This document shows, one piece after another, positions 1 to 11,244 of a stretch of 64,000 nt of DNA (its first letter is position 1; the number at the start of each line of letters is the position of its first letter). A model generated the notes under the pieces. The model was given only the letters and a program-made list of their open reading frames with translations. It was not told the DNA's origin and did no database searches. Both the position numbers and the translations under genes were made by a program. The DNA lies in contig RQSC01000031.1 of assembly GCA_013416795.1 (NCBI GenBank), positions 343,984 to 407,983 on the forward strand, given 5' to 3'. The stretch comes from Prasinococcaceae sp. CCMP 1430 (lineage: Eukaryota; Plantae; Prasinodermophyta).

Positions 1-445
1 ACGGCCGCGGCGCGAGCGGCGACGTGCGCGAGCGGGGGGGCTTCATCGGCGGCGGCGGCGGCGGCGGCGCGTGCGCGCGGGCGCTGCGCTGCATCGTGTG
101 CGCAGCGGCAACTGTGTTCGTGCTGGCCGCCGCGGGCATTGCGCTCAGGCACTACAGCGACAGGTAGCGACGCGGCCCGGCAGGTGCGCGCGCTCCCCTG
201 CGGGCGCCCGCGCGCCCGCCCGCCCGGCAGGCAGCAGGGAGGGTGCCCCCGCCATCCCCCCCGGGTGGATAAAACGCGATCCGCAGATGCGGCATCGGCC
301 AAATTCGGAAGCGCCCAACTCCAAAGTTGCAGGTAGTCTACAGTGCAGTGCAGTAGTACTAAAAATTAGACTACACCATCTGATGGTGGTTTTCAACGCT
401 CGACGGGTCGATACACAACAGCAACAGGGTACCATCAGTTTGGCT

Positions 446-464
446 TTTAGGGTTGAGGGTTTAG
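446..464. promoter_or_regulatory. Telo-box-like (TTTAGGG/TAGGGTT) cluster in an AT-richer intergenic stretch
   Basis: TTTAGGGTTGAGGGTTTAG; the same core recurs in many other intergenic regions of the window. Confidence 0.55.
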
Positions 465-1001
465 AATTTTGCTCTCGGCTCTCTGCGCCGCTGCGCTTTC
501 GCTGTCGCTGCCGCCGCGCCCCGGCGCCGCTGCTGCGTCCCCCCCGCCGCGCGGCGCAGCGCCGCGCCCTTTCTGCGGCAGCGGTGCTGTGCCAGCGCGC
601 GTGGAAGAATCCGGAGATCTTCCCGTTTGCGCGCGGGCTCGCGGCGAGGCCCGCCCCCTCGCGCCGAGGCCGCGGCTCTGCCGCAGCAGCTGCCGCGGGG
701 GCCCCACGCGCCCGTACCCACACCAGTACATGAGGTTCCAGACAACGAGGGTCTCATGCGTCGAGCGACGCGGTGCGTTTTGATGGGACCGTCCCGGCGC
801 GGCGCGCGGCGGGCGTCGCCCGCACGCCGCCGCCGCCCGACGCCGCCCGAAAAAGCGCGCGGAGAGAGGATCAGAGCACCCACGGGCGAGCTTTTCATCG
901 AAGGTCAAAATGAAAGGCGGCGAGGAGCGGCGAAGCGAGCCGAAAAGATAAAAAGAAAAAGGCGCGCGCGCGCGCGCGCGCGGAGGCACTCCGCGCGCGC
1001 G

Positions 1002-1482
1002 NNNNNNNNNNNNNNNNNNNNNNNNNNNNNNNNNNNNNNNNNNNNNNNNNNNNNNNNNNNNNNNNNNNNNNNNNNNNNNNNNNNNNNNNNNNNNNNNNNN
1101 NNNNNNNNNNNNNNNNNNNNNNNNNNNNNNNNNNNNNNNNNNNNNNNNNNNNNNNNNNNNNNNNNNNNNNNNNNNNNNNNNNNNNNNNNNNNNNNNNNNN
1201 NNNNNNNNNNNNNNNNNNNNNNNNNNNNNNNNNNNNNNNNNNNNNNNNNNNNNNNNNNNNNNNNNNNNNNNNNNNNNNNNNNNNNNNNNNNNNNNNNNNN
1301 NNNNNNNNNNNNNNNNNNNNNNNNNNNNNNNNNNNNNNNNNNNNNNNNNNNNNNNNNNNNNNNNNNNNNNNNNNNNNNNNNNNNNNNNNNNNNNNNNNNN
1401 NNNNNNNNNNNNNNNNNNNNNNNNNNNNNNNNNNNNNNNNNNNNNNNNNNNNNNNNNNNNNNNNNNNNNNNNNNNNNNNNNN
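1002..1482. other. Assembly gap (N run) preceded by (GC)n tracts
   Basis: N run; gcgcgc... tract at 962-981. Confidence 0.99.
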
Positions 1483-1500
1483 CGGTGTGATCTTCTACAG

Positions 1501-2070
1501 CGCGTCGGCCGCCATACGGGCCGCCGCGGCGGCGGCGTGGACGCGCAGGAGGGCGAGCGCTTGCGGAGGCAAGGGGTCCCCCCGCTGGCTGACGTCTCCG
1601 CACCGGCGTCGCCCCCACCCGCGACGCGCGGGCTGCCGCGCGCCAGGGGGACTGCGCGGCGGCTGTTCGGACCGCCGCCTTCATCGCACGAGCTCGCGGC
1701 CTTCTTTGCCAGCTCGGAAGAGGACGAGCGCCGACAAGCGGCGGAGGCGTCCGCTCGGTACAACTTCGACTTCGAGGCCTTCAAGCCGCTGCCGCCTGGC
1801 GAGTGGGAGTGGGAGCGCCAAGGCGCTCCGGCCGGCCATGGCGCGCTTGGAGACGTGTCGGGTGAGGCGCCGCGCGGCGGGCCCTCGTCCGACGCACCCG
1901 AGCACGAGGGTGTCGGGATGGGCCAAGAGCTGTCGCAGGCGCAGGCGCACGCAGGCGGCCAAGCGCAGCCGGCGTCAAGGACCACCCGCAGGCGAGAGCG
2001 TGACCGCAGCCAGGCGCGTGGGGCACCAGCGGCGCCCGCAGATGAGCCCACCCACAGCACTGAGCGGTGA
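1501..2070 (+). CDS. KRP: Cyclin-dependent kinase inhibitor (KRP/ICK, Cip/Kip CDI domain), last exon; 5' part in the gap
   Basis: RRLFGPPPSSHELAAFFASSEEDERRQ...RYNFDFEAFKPLPPGEWEWER matches the CDI consensus; candidate acceptor ttctacAG at 1500 is in frame. Confidence 0.85.
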   Translation, partial: RVGRHTGRRGGGVDAQEGERLRRQGVPPLADVSAPASPPPATRGLPRARGTARRLFGPPPSSHELAAFFASSEEDERRQAAEASARYNFDFEAFKPLPPGEWEWERQGAPAGHGALGDVSGEAPRGGPSSDAPEHEGVGMGQELSQAQAHAGGQAQPASRTTRRRERDRSQARGAPAAPADEPTHSTER

Positions 2071-2270
2071 GACGCGCGCGCGCGTCCTTGGTTCTGGCCA
2101 TCGTGCCGCGAATCTGGCGACGGCGGTGGGGGTGCTTGCTGGTGCCCGCGCTCTCCGCCTCGCTCCGTTCCTCGCTGCCGCGCTGATTGCGGCTCTCGTG
2201 GCGGCTCTCGCTGCCACCTCCGCGTGCTTCTCGCCCTGTCCGTTGCGGCGTGTACACACACTTGTATTTA

Positions 2271-3392
2271 TTACGGTACAACTCCTCCTGGCGCGTCCAC
2301 CACATGCTTCCGCCTGCGCCGCCTGCGCCGGGTGCTGCGCGTCTCATCCTCCTCCTCCTCCTCCTCTTCGTCGTCGTCGTCGACGCCGTCTTCGTTATTC
2401 CGATGCTCGGTGCCCTCTGATACCTGTGTGAGCATGGAGGCGAGCGCTGCCTGCACCTCGCTCCACTTTTCCGCCTTCGTGGCTTCCTCTTCTGCGGAGA
2501 ATGCGTCGCCTGTGCTGTCCGCGCCCAGCGTGAACACCCGCGAGCCCAATTCAGCGAGCTCTGTCTCCTCGGCGCTCTCCGCGCGCCCTCCCTCGCGCCA
2601 TTCCCTCACACCTCGCACCGCCTCACGCTCCGCCCGGTCGCGCTTGGCGCGCACGTGGGCCGAGTAGTCATCCTCGCCGCCAACGTCGCCGCTCTCCTCA
2701 TCAGCGTCGGAGCCGAGCGCGAGCAGCGAATCCTCGTCGATGACGGGCGCGGTCGGGCGCGCCCCGTCGCCTGCGCCGCTCGAAGGACCACTGAGCCTAC
2801 GCATCATGTCAAAGAAGCCAACCGCCCCCGCGTTGCCCAGCGTGCCCGCCGCGAGTCCGAAGACACCGCTAGTGCCAGCGGCGTGCTGCGTCTTCGCGTT
2901 GGCGCGGTGTGCGCGCTCGTCTTGGGACCGCGCACGGAATGACGCACTGCCGAGACACCCTGGACCAGCGAGCGACGTGCAAGGTGCGTCGCCCGCGCTT
3001 CGCATGCCTCCGCTCCTGGTGTGACGCACACGCGACAGGCGTCAGCACGGGGGTTCAGGACAGCGCTCGCGCAGAGGACGCTCCAGGGGACCCGCATCCG
3101 CGGCGTGCAATCTCTCTCTCTCTCTCTCTCCCTCGATCGCACGGCGCGCACGGCGGTGCACGCACCTCGAGTCGTGCACCCCTGCCCTGTACGCGTACAT
3201 GAGCGGCCCGGCATCGAGCGCGGCCGCCGCGTGCGCCGCGAGCCTCGCCGCGGGCAGCTCGACGTGCGCGCGTGCCCACGCCGCCGCGGGCGGCGCCGCA
3301 GCAGCAGCGGCTTCGGCGACGGCCGTGGGCGGAGCACTCGAGCGCGCGAGGAGCCCGAACAGCATCAAAAGGAGCGCTCGTGCCGCGCGCAT
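2271..3392 (-). CDS. Hypothetical protein with N-terminal signal peptide and acidic then basic C-terminus; 2 exons (3392-3199, 3015-2271)
   Basis: MRAARALLLMLFGLLARS; phase-2 intron GTACGC...GCTGAC...ACCAG joins the two frames. Confidence 0.6.
3111..3130. repeat. (TC)n microsatellite inside the predicted intron
   Basis: tctctctctctctctctctc. Confidence 0.9.
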
Positions 3393-3653
3393 CTCGCGCC
3401 GCCCTCTCTTCGGGCCGATGGTAGGTGCGGCGCCCCGCACGCGCCATGTGGCGCGCCGCGCGCGTAAGCACCACATCGCGTGCGCTGCGCGCTGCGGCGC
3501 AGCACGCGGCGTGCGCCAGCGGCGATGACCATCCAGGGGTTCTCGGTACGCCGCGCCTGCGCCGGCGCTTGCGAGTCGGCGCGGCGGCCGTGCGGCGCCC
3601 TCCGCGCCCCCTGCCTCATCCGCCCTCGCCGCTGACCCCTCGCGCCTGGGCTC

Positions 3654-4685
3654 ATGAAGAACATCAAGTACGGCCTGACGGTGCCCGCAAAGAGAGGCGA
3701 GGCGGCGGCGCGAGGCGGCGCCGGCGGCGGTGGCACGCGCCCGGGTCAGCTCGCGGTTTTCGCCGCAGCGGAGGCCGAGGAAGAGGAGAGCGTGGACGCG
3801 CAGGTCGCGCGCGCGGCGGCGAGGCGCGCCGCCGCGGCTGCGGCCGCCGAGGCTGCCACTGAGGCCGCACTTGCAGGCGCATATGACTACGACGGCACGT
3901 ACGACGCGGACGCTCGCGCGGCGGCTGGCGCGCGCGCGGCGCGCACGTCGAATAGGAGCAGCAAATACATCGCCGACCTCAAGGAGAAGGCCGCGCAGCG
4001 CGCGCGCGAGGAGGAGATCGCGCGCGAGCGCCGCATCGCGCGCCGCCACGAGGCTGACGACGAGCAGTTCGCCGACAAGGAGAAGTTCGTCACCGCCGCG
4101 TACAAGGAGGAGCTTCAGAGGCGCGAGCTCTGGGAGGCGGAGGAGAACAAGAAAGAGCAGGCAGACGCCGCGCGTGGCTACAACGCGGGCGCGTTCTTGC
4201 GCAACCTCACAGGTGCAGGCGGCGCGCCGAGGACGGCGGGAGGGGCGGGTGCCGGGGCGGATGCCGGGCGCGCGCCAACGGCGGCGGACCAAGCAGCGGA
4301 GGGCGGCCGTGCCGACCCCGGGGCGGGGCGACAAAAGCGACGGTGGGAGCCCGTGGGCGATGGGCCTAACGCGAGTGCAGGCGCCGGCGCTGGGGCCGCT
4401 GATGGTGGGAGCCGCACAAAAAAGCAGCGCTGGGGGCCGCCGGCCGCGACGGGCGGGGAAGCAGCTGCCGCCTCGGCAGCAGCGGCTCACTATATGCAGC
4501 AGCAGAAGGGGCAGCAGCAACGGCAGGGGCAGGGCGCCCCGGCTATGCCTGAGGATGCGGCCACCGAACCTGTCGGTCCCACGGAGGAAGAGCGCGCACG
4601 CGCGCTTGAGGAGAAGCTCGCGTCCGCGCGCGAACGCTACCACACGAGAGCAGCAGCGCGCGCTGCCGCGGGTGAGGCCTTCTGA
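3654..4685 (+). CDS. NSRP1: Nuclear speckle splicing regulatory protein 1 / CCDC55 homologue
   Basis: KYGL N-terminus, YDYDGTYD, SKYIADL...EQFADKEKFVTAAYKEEL, C-terminal SARERY. Confidence 0.85.
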   Translation: MKNIKYGLTVPAKRGEAAARGGAGGGGTRPGQLAVFAAAEAEEEESVDAQVARAAARRAAAAAAAEAATEAALAGAYDYDGTYDADARAAAGARAARTSNRSSKYIADLKEKAAQRAREEEIARERRIARRHEADDEQFADKEKFVTAAYKEELQRRELWEAEENKKEQADAARGYNAGAFLRNLTGAGGAPRTAGGAGAGADAGRAPTAADQAAEGGRADPGAGRQKRRWEPVGDGPNASAGAGAGAADGGSRTKKQRWGPPAATGGEAAAASAAAAHYMQQQKGQQQRQGQGAPAMPEDAATEPVGPTEEERARALEEKLASARERYHTRAAARAAAGEAF

Positions 4686-5344
4686 GCGCCGGCTCTCGCG
4701 CGGCGGGCGTCGGTGACGGGCGACGTCTCGAATTGGCGGCGCGGAGGCGAGGCGCGCGGCGAAGCTCGCGCCTGCAGGCCACAGCCGCCCTCGCAGACGC
4801 CTGGAGCTCCCTGCCCGCGCAGTGTACACATGTGCTATAGACTCGCACAGGCGCCCACCGCGCCGCGAGCTCCGTGCGCGCGCCCGCCTCCGCGCCGTCG
4901 TCCATCGGCGCATGGCTCGGCGGCAGCCCTCGGGTGCGAGCTTTGTTCACTCTAACCCTAATCCTGCACCGTACCCTAATCCCACGTCAGCGAGCTCGGG
5001 CGGCGCGCTCGGTCGGTCAGCCTCAGTCGCGGGCCGCTCCCCGAAATCCGGATCAAATCCTGGCCACGTCCGAGCTCCCCCCGCCGCAACCCCAAACCCT
5101 CGCTCCTCTCTCGCCCGCTTTTTGATCGGCCGCCTCGGCCGGGGCGCCCGCGCGGGCCCCGGGGGGCGGTTCGGGTTCGAATTGCGGCCGGCCGGGTGGC
5201 GGGGCCCAGGCGGGTGCGTTTTGATGGCGTTTTGTTAGCGTGCGCGCCCTTGTTAGCCGCCGGGGTGGGTTGGTGGGTGGGTGTGCGAGGGGGGGGGGGA
5301 AGTGGGGTGGCAGCGGGGAGAAGGCCGCGCGCGCGGCGAAGTGA

Positions 5345-7069
5345 GCGCCGAAAGCGAGCAAGCGCAGTGTACGGCGGTGGGATGACGCGGAAACCGCCGA
5401 CAGCGGCGTCAGCGCCGGCGGCAGCGGCGGCGTCAGCGCCGGCAGCGGCGTCAGCGCCGGCAGCGCCGGCGCGTCCACAGCCGATTTTGCCGACGCTGCT
5501 GGCGCGGATGAGGGCATCACCATCCGCATACCTAGCCCCGCGCAGGTGGCGCGCGCCGCGCAGCGGAAGGCAAGCGAACTGCAGGAGAAGGTCACGTCGC
5601 AGCTCGGCGGCGGCGAGCGCTCTGACGCGCAGGAGCAGAAAAAGCGGGCGAAGAAAGCGGCCGAGTCAGCGAAGAAGGCCGAGGCGGCCAAGAAGGCTGC
5701 GAAGGCCAAGAAAATAGGTCCGACGCGCTGCACTTCGGCGCCGCACGCGCTCGTGGTATGCACACGCCGGGCACTCCCTGACGACCGCGCCCCCTCATGC
5801 ACTTGTCGCGCGCCCCCACGCCGCCCGAAACTCGCCGGCGCTTGCCCAGGCGTCCCGCGCTCGGCGCTCCCCCCTGGTAGCGTGGTGCGACGGGTTGCAG
5901 GCAGCACCGGCGGCCAAGCCCAGTACGTCGCCACGCTGCCCAACGGCAAGCTGGTGCGCGTCCAGCCGCCAGGGCTCGTCGACTCCGCCGCTCCGTGGCT
6001 AGCACTTGGCGTGCTGGGCTTCGGGGTGTACAAGCTTATCCAATTCGTCAACGACGGCAGTGCGCGCGGTGTGTTCGCGCGGCAGACCCGCGGCCAGCGC
6101 GTGGTGTACGATCGCACGCTGGGCGGGCGCGCCATCACCCTCAAGGGCGAGGCCGCGCGCCCGCGCAGACGCACGAGCGTATGGTCGGACGCGGCAACTG
6201 CGTCCGAGCGCGGCAAGTCGGAGGCGGAGGTGCTCTCCGATATGGCCGCCGTGCCGTCGTCGCTTTCTGGGAGTGGCGGCAGCGTGCTACCCACGTGGTG
6301 GCCCGAGCCTGTCCAGCGCACCAAGGTGCAGTCTGACTTTGGCGCGGAGGCCGCGCAGACGGTGTGGAGGGGCATTTCATCCGCGAGGCTGTCGGGGCGA
6401 GACCCGTCGTTGCTCGACCTGCAAAAGCTCAGGCAGGTGTGCGACGACTTCGGGGTGGGCGTCAGCGTGCCTTCGGGCACCGAGCGCGACGCGGTGATGC
6501 GATCCGGCGTCAAAGCGGCGGTAGACGCGGTGGAGAGCGGCAGTGGTGGGACGCTGACGAGCGTATCGTCCGCTCGCAGCTTCGTTTCGGGGCTAGCGCT
6601 CGACCTGGGCGTAGAGCCGGAGCGCGCGGCAACCATGCTTGCAGCAGCTGTCGCGGCCAAGTGCCGCGGCTCCATTCTAGGGGCCACCGCGCGCTTGCGC
6701 GCGCAGGATGACCTGGGTGCCATTCGCGCGCTCAAGGGCATGTCCAGACTGCTGGCAGCGTTGCCACCCGCGGAGGGATCCGCCGAGCTCGGCCTCGTTG
6801 CGGACACGCTTGGGCCCAGGTGCGCGCGCGCCTTCGCAGTCGCGCTGCCGCGTGCGCGTGGGTATGCCAGGGCGCGTTGGGATGCATTCTCGAGCGCCGT
6901 TTGCTGACGCGCGCGCGTGCGCGCGCACTGCCTCGCGGGATCGTGCCCGTTCACTTTGTGCAGGGTGAAGCTGAGCGAGCGCGAAGCGCTGCTCGAACTC
7001 TACGCGACTGCCGACGTCGGCGAAACGAGAGCGACCGCTTCGGAGGCACTCGGACTTCGCTCTAGCTAG
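5345..7069 (+). CDS. Conserved green-lineage single-pass membrane protein of unknown function; start unresolved; introns 5718-5900 and 6820-6963
   Basis: TM segment PWLALGVLGFGVYKLI followed by VVYDRTLGGR, LPTWWP, FVSGLALDLG, AAAVAAKCR and ASEALGL, resembling an uncharacterised land-plant family; intron phases are consistent. Confidence 0.65.
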
Positions 7070-7292
7070 CGGTGGCACTGCCACTATAGTAGCGACAGCC
7101 TTTGAATCATACTTCGTAGCTTGATGGTAGCACACGCGACTGCGCGCCAGGGCGTGCCGGCGCGCGCGTGGCTCCCTCGATTTGCGCAGTGCCAGGCGAA
7201 TAGGCGATACCCTCAGCCTTTGGCCGTTCACGTGCGCGCACGGTCGAGGTTGTCTCACGTGTCGTCTTACGCGAGATCGAGGCGCCGCGCCT

Positions 7293-8360
7293 CTAACCTC
7301 GTTGCTGCTGTGTCGCGTCGCCAACCGCTGGAAGCTTGACCTTCGCGCTGTGAGTCAGGCTGGTGTCAGGCGCTGCCATAGCCGAGTTAGCAATCGCGAA
7401 TGCCTCCTTGTCCTTCGCACCCATGAGGAGGCCCGAGTTGGTCGAAAGCGCCTCGATGAATTCGCCAACGTCGATCAAATTGTTACCATCCTTGTCCATG
7501 ATGCCCATAAACACCGCGATGTCCTCGTCTGAAAGGGGCTCTCCGCCAAGCTCGGTCATCACCACACGGAACTCGTCGGCGCTCATGTTGCCGTCTCCGT
7601 CCCGGTCGAAATACTTGAAGGCGGCCTTGAGGAGTTCGAGCTCGTCCGTGGACGAGTCAATTACGTAAAACCACAGATGTAGCGCCTCGGCCCAGGTCAC
7701 GCGGAGCAGCCGCTCGGCGCTCACTTCCTCTTCACTGTACACGCGTGGCAGCGAGCTCGCGGCGGCGCCAGGCAACGCGCGCCCGCCCGCGTGCGAGCCC
7801 TGGCGCGCAACCTCACCGCCCCCCGCGGACGGCCTTGCGCTGGCCTCGTTGACCGCGGCGGCGGCCGCCGCCTCGTGCGCCTCCGAGTTGAGCTGGTTGA
7901 TTGCCTGCATGTTCTCGATAGCCATTTCCGCCCCACCCTCCTCCACATCGTAGTCGACCCCCGGCAGCAGACGCGGGCCGTCGGCGCCCGCGCGCAGGCG
8001 GTCCTCGTTGATCACCGCCCACTCCTCAACCGTCCCCGCGCGTGGGTTGGCGCCGACCATGCGCAAGAAGGTATTCACTTCGTACCAGTAGATGGTGTCG
8101 CGAGTTTTGAGAGCTGCGGCCTTGGGCAGGGGCTTGCCCCCAGCCACCGCCCTGGCGTTGTCGAGATCGGTGGCCTTGGCCGTGCTCTCGAAGAGGCTCC
8201 GCGCGCGCGCGAGCATGGCCGGAGACAGCCGCCCCTCCGCGCTCTTGTCGTTAAAGGGCACGGGGCCTTTCGACTCATCGGCCTTATTAATCTTGCCAAA
8301 GAATGATGACGCACGAGCTTTCACCACCGCACGACCCAGCTGCGGCGGGCTCTGAAGCAT
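7293..8360 (-). CDS. Calmodulin-like protein with a C-terminal EF-hand pair
   Basis: AFKYFDRDGDGNMSADEF and MDKDGNNLIDVGEF EF-hand loops. Confidence 0.8.
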   Translation of the reverse strand: MLQSPPQLGRAVVKARASSFFGKINKADESKGPVPFNDKSAEGRLSPAMLARARSLFESTAKATDLDNARAVAGGKPLPKAAALKTRDTIYWYEVNTFLRMVGANPRAGTVEEWAVINEDRLRAGADGPRLLPGVDYDVEEGGAEMAIENMQAINQLNSEAHEAAAAAAVNEASARPSAGGGEVARQGSHAGGRALPGAAASSLPRVYSEEEVSAERLLRVTWAEALHLWFYVIDSSTDELELLKAAFKYFDRDGDGNMSADEFRVVMTELGGEPLSDEDIAVFMGIMDKDGNNLIDVGEFIEALSTNSGLLMGAKDKEAFAIANSAMAAPDTSLTHSAKVKLPAVGDATQQQRG

Positions 8361-9133
8361 CGTCGGTGCCGCGCCGAGAGTGGCCGCCCCCCTGCGCGCT
8401 TCAGCAGGGCCGGCAGTCTCGCCCACACCGCGTTTAGCGACTGCCGCGCTCAAATCCACCCGCGCAACGACCGCGCTCGCGACGCACGCGCGATCCCACA
8501 CGCCCCGCCTCCCTCACCCGCCGCCCAGAGCTTCCGCGCGCACTCAAACGTCGGCTGCGCAACGTATGCTCCCCTCTCCCCTCCCCCCCAACGACCTCTC
8601 TCTTCCCTCCTCCCTTCCCTCCGCCGCGCCTCGCTCCCCCGCTCCGCGGCGCGCCGCGAGCGCGCACTCGCTCCGCGCGGCCCCGCGCGCGCGCGCACGC
8701 GTTCCCCGACCGACGGGCGGAGCCCGGTTGAGTGAGGAACTCGCTCGGATCGGCCGCCAGCGCTGCATTACGGTATGGACATTAAAGGGTTTGCGAAAGG
8801 CGAACCACACCGAGGAAGGCGGGCCGGGAGCGGAGCGCTGCAGGCCGCTGCGCGCGGGGAGAGGGGGGGTGAAGGGGAGGGGAAGGGGGCGCTGCGGCGC
8901 CGGCACACACCACCGCGGCCGCCGGCGAGCGAGCAGGTGAGCGAGCGAGGCGAGGGGTCCCGCCGACGTCCGCTTCGGGGCCCCATCCCCCGAAGGCGAG
9001 AGTCGCCGAGGGTTGAGCAGGGGCGGGAGAATCTGCCAGGTGCAGCGACCAGGAGCGCCCGCCGAGGGCGCTGGCGGCGCCGTTTGTGAGCAGGTGCGGG
9101 AGGGGGGGGGGTCGACGAGGCGCGGGGACCGTA

Positions 9134-11244
9134 ATGGCGGCGCGGCCGCCGCCGCCCAGCGCTATGGGCGGCGGTGATCGCGACGCTAAGCGTGCCAGGC
9201 ACCACGGCGGTGCCGGCGCGCAGCCGCCACTCCCGCCGCGAGGCGGTGATGGCGCGTACCCGATGGGCGGCGGGGGCGGGAGGGACGGACCGGGCCCAGA
9301 GTGCGTCCTGGACGTGCACGTGCTCAAGTCGCTCTGTGGCAAGGTGCGTTCGCCGAGTGCTCGCCAGAGCGCGCGGGGCCAGCCGCGCGGGCACCTGCGA
9401 GCGAGCGAGCGATCGAGCGAGCGCCGCGGTCCGCGTTTCCTTTAGGGTTGATCTGTTGTGCTCCGCGCTGCCGATCTCCGAGCGGGCGAGCCAACGTCCT
9501 GACGGCGCTGCCACGTCCCTCCCCGACCCTCTCTGCTTGCGTCGGCCACCCGTCGCCTGCGACCTGCACGCAGATCCTGGGCTACGGCGGCAACATGATA
9601 CGCGAGATGGAAGCATGCACAGGCGCGCGCGTGTCAATCTCCCCCGTCGGAATGCGCGACGCTGCTGAGGGCTGCCGCGTCGTGACGCTCAGCGGCACGC
9701 CAGTGCAAGTGGCGCAGTGTCGCTGGGAGGTCATTCGCGCCGTTGGGGAGACGGGTGTCGTTCAGGAGCGCAGTCGAGGCGCAGCGGCGCCCGCGGACCT
9801 CGCGTCGCGTGGTGGAGGCGGCGGGGGTGGGGGCAGGGGCGGCGGTGCACCTCGCGGTCCGCCCGGCGGAGGCAGCGGCATGCGCGAGCAGTACACCGTC
9901 GAGTACCCCGTGCGTGACCCGGCCGTCATCGGCCGCATCATCGGGCGCGGCGGAGAAACAATCAGGAAGCTACAGGTGGAATCAGGCGCGCGTATGGAGG
10001 TCGATCGCGCGACGGACCGCGTGACCATCAAAGGCAATGACGAAACCATCAACCACGCGCGCAGGCTGCTGGACGACCTCCTCGGCACTTCGAGGGAGTA
10101 CGGTGGTCGAGGCGGAGAGCGGGGCGCCACAGGGCTTGGGGGGCAAATGGGCGGCGGCCCGATGGGCGGCGGTCCGATGGGCGGCGGTCCGATGGGCGGT
10201 CCGATGGGCGGCGGTCCGATGCGCGGCGGTCCGATGCGCGGCGGTCCGCTGGGCGGCGGCCCGATGGGCGGCGGCCCGATGGGCGGCGGCCCGATGAGTG
10301 GCGGCCCGATGAGTGGCGGCCCGATGAGTGGCGGCCCGGTGAGTGGCGACCAAGCGATGGGTGTGGTGCTACCGGGGGGCAACCCATCGTTCGTGACGTT
10401 GCACGCGCCCGGGCAGCTCGGCCGTGTGATTGGCCGCCGCGGCGAGATGGCTCGCCGCATCGAAGAGGAGACGGGCACGACCATCGAGATACGCAAGGAC
10501 GTGGGCAACGTTGAGATACGCGGCGCACCCAGCGGCGTTTCGCGTGCTCTGCAGCGCGTGCAGGACATCGTGCGCGATGGCTACGCTCGCGGACCGCCCA
10601 CGACAGACAAGGGGAGGCCCATAAAGGGCGACCACGGTGGCGGTGACGGAATCGGCAAGCGCAAGCGCCACGACGACCTTGGCGGGGGTGCGATGGCGCT
10701 CTCGGCCGGCGTCGGTGGTGTCGGCGCGCAGAACACGGAGCAGGGCCTTCCGGGTCTCGGAGCGTTGCAGATGGGTCGGCGTGGCACAGCGGCCGCAGGC
10801 ATGGGCGGCGGCGCGGCGATGGGCATGGGCATGGGCACGGGCACAGGCATGGGCATGGGCATGGGCGCCGGCATGGGCATGGGCACCGGCATGAGCATGG
10901 GCAACGCCGGTGGGGGCGGGGAGCAACAGCTCGAATTGGAGGGCTGGTCGCCGCCGCGCCAACCCGTGGCACTGCAGCAGCCACAGCAGCAGGTTGGTCT
11001 GCCTGGCCTGCAGCAGGTGCAACAGCAGCCGCCGATGGGGCAGATGCTACAGCAGCAGCCATCGCAGCAACAGCAGCCGCTGCCACAGCAGCAGCAGTTC
11101 AGCGCCGCGATGGGACAGATGCCCCCGCAGGGCGGCGCCGGCAGCGCCGGCGCCTGGAAAGAGATGCGGACGGATAGTGGCGAGCTGTACTACTGGAATG
11201 TGACCACCAACACGACGTCGTGGGACCGGCCGCCCGGGCTCTGA
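9134..11244 (+). CDS. Three-KH-domain RNA-binding protein with a C-terminal WW domain (FUBP/KSRP-like); intron 9344-9573
   Basis: GKILGYGG, GRIIGRGG and GRVIGRRG KH loops; WKEMRTDSGELYYWNVTTNTTSWDRP WW domain. Confidence 0.88.
10147..10347 (+). repeat. Coding 15-bp tandem repeat encoding (GGGPM)n
   Basis: About 13 imperfect ATGGGCGGCGG(C/T)CCG units. Confidence 0.9.

Noticed and set aside
1-94. Possible minus-strand gene start MQRSARAHAPPPP running off the window
   Set aside because: Too short and low-complexity to support
71-900. Overlapping Arg/Ala/Pro-rich ORFs
   Set aside because: Typical stop-poor ORFs of high-GC promoter DNA; no motifs
5165-5190. GGTTCGAAT resembling a tRNA T-loop
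   Set aside because: No cloverleaf or A-box around it
5718-5900. Stop-free introns of length 3n (also 31061-31297 and 52339-52482) suggesting regulated retention
   Set aside because: Expected by chance: a third of introns are 3n and stops are rare at this GC content
10147-10347. Regular repeats resembling a CRISPR array
   Set aside because: No unique spacers; in-frame coding repeat in a eukaryotic gene
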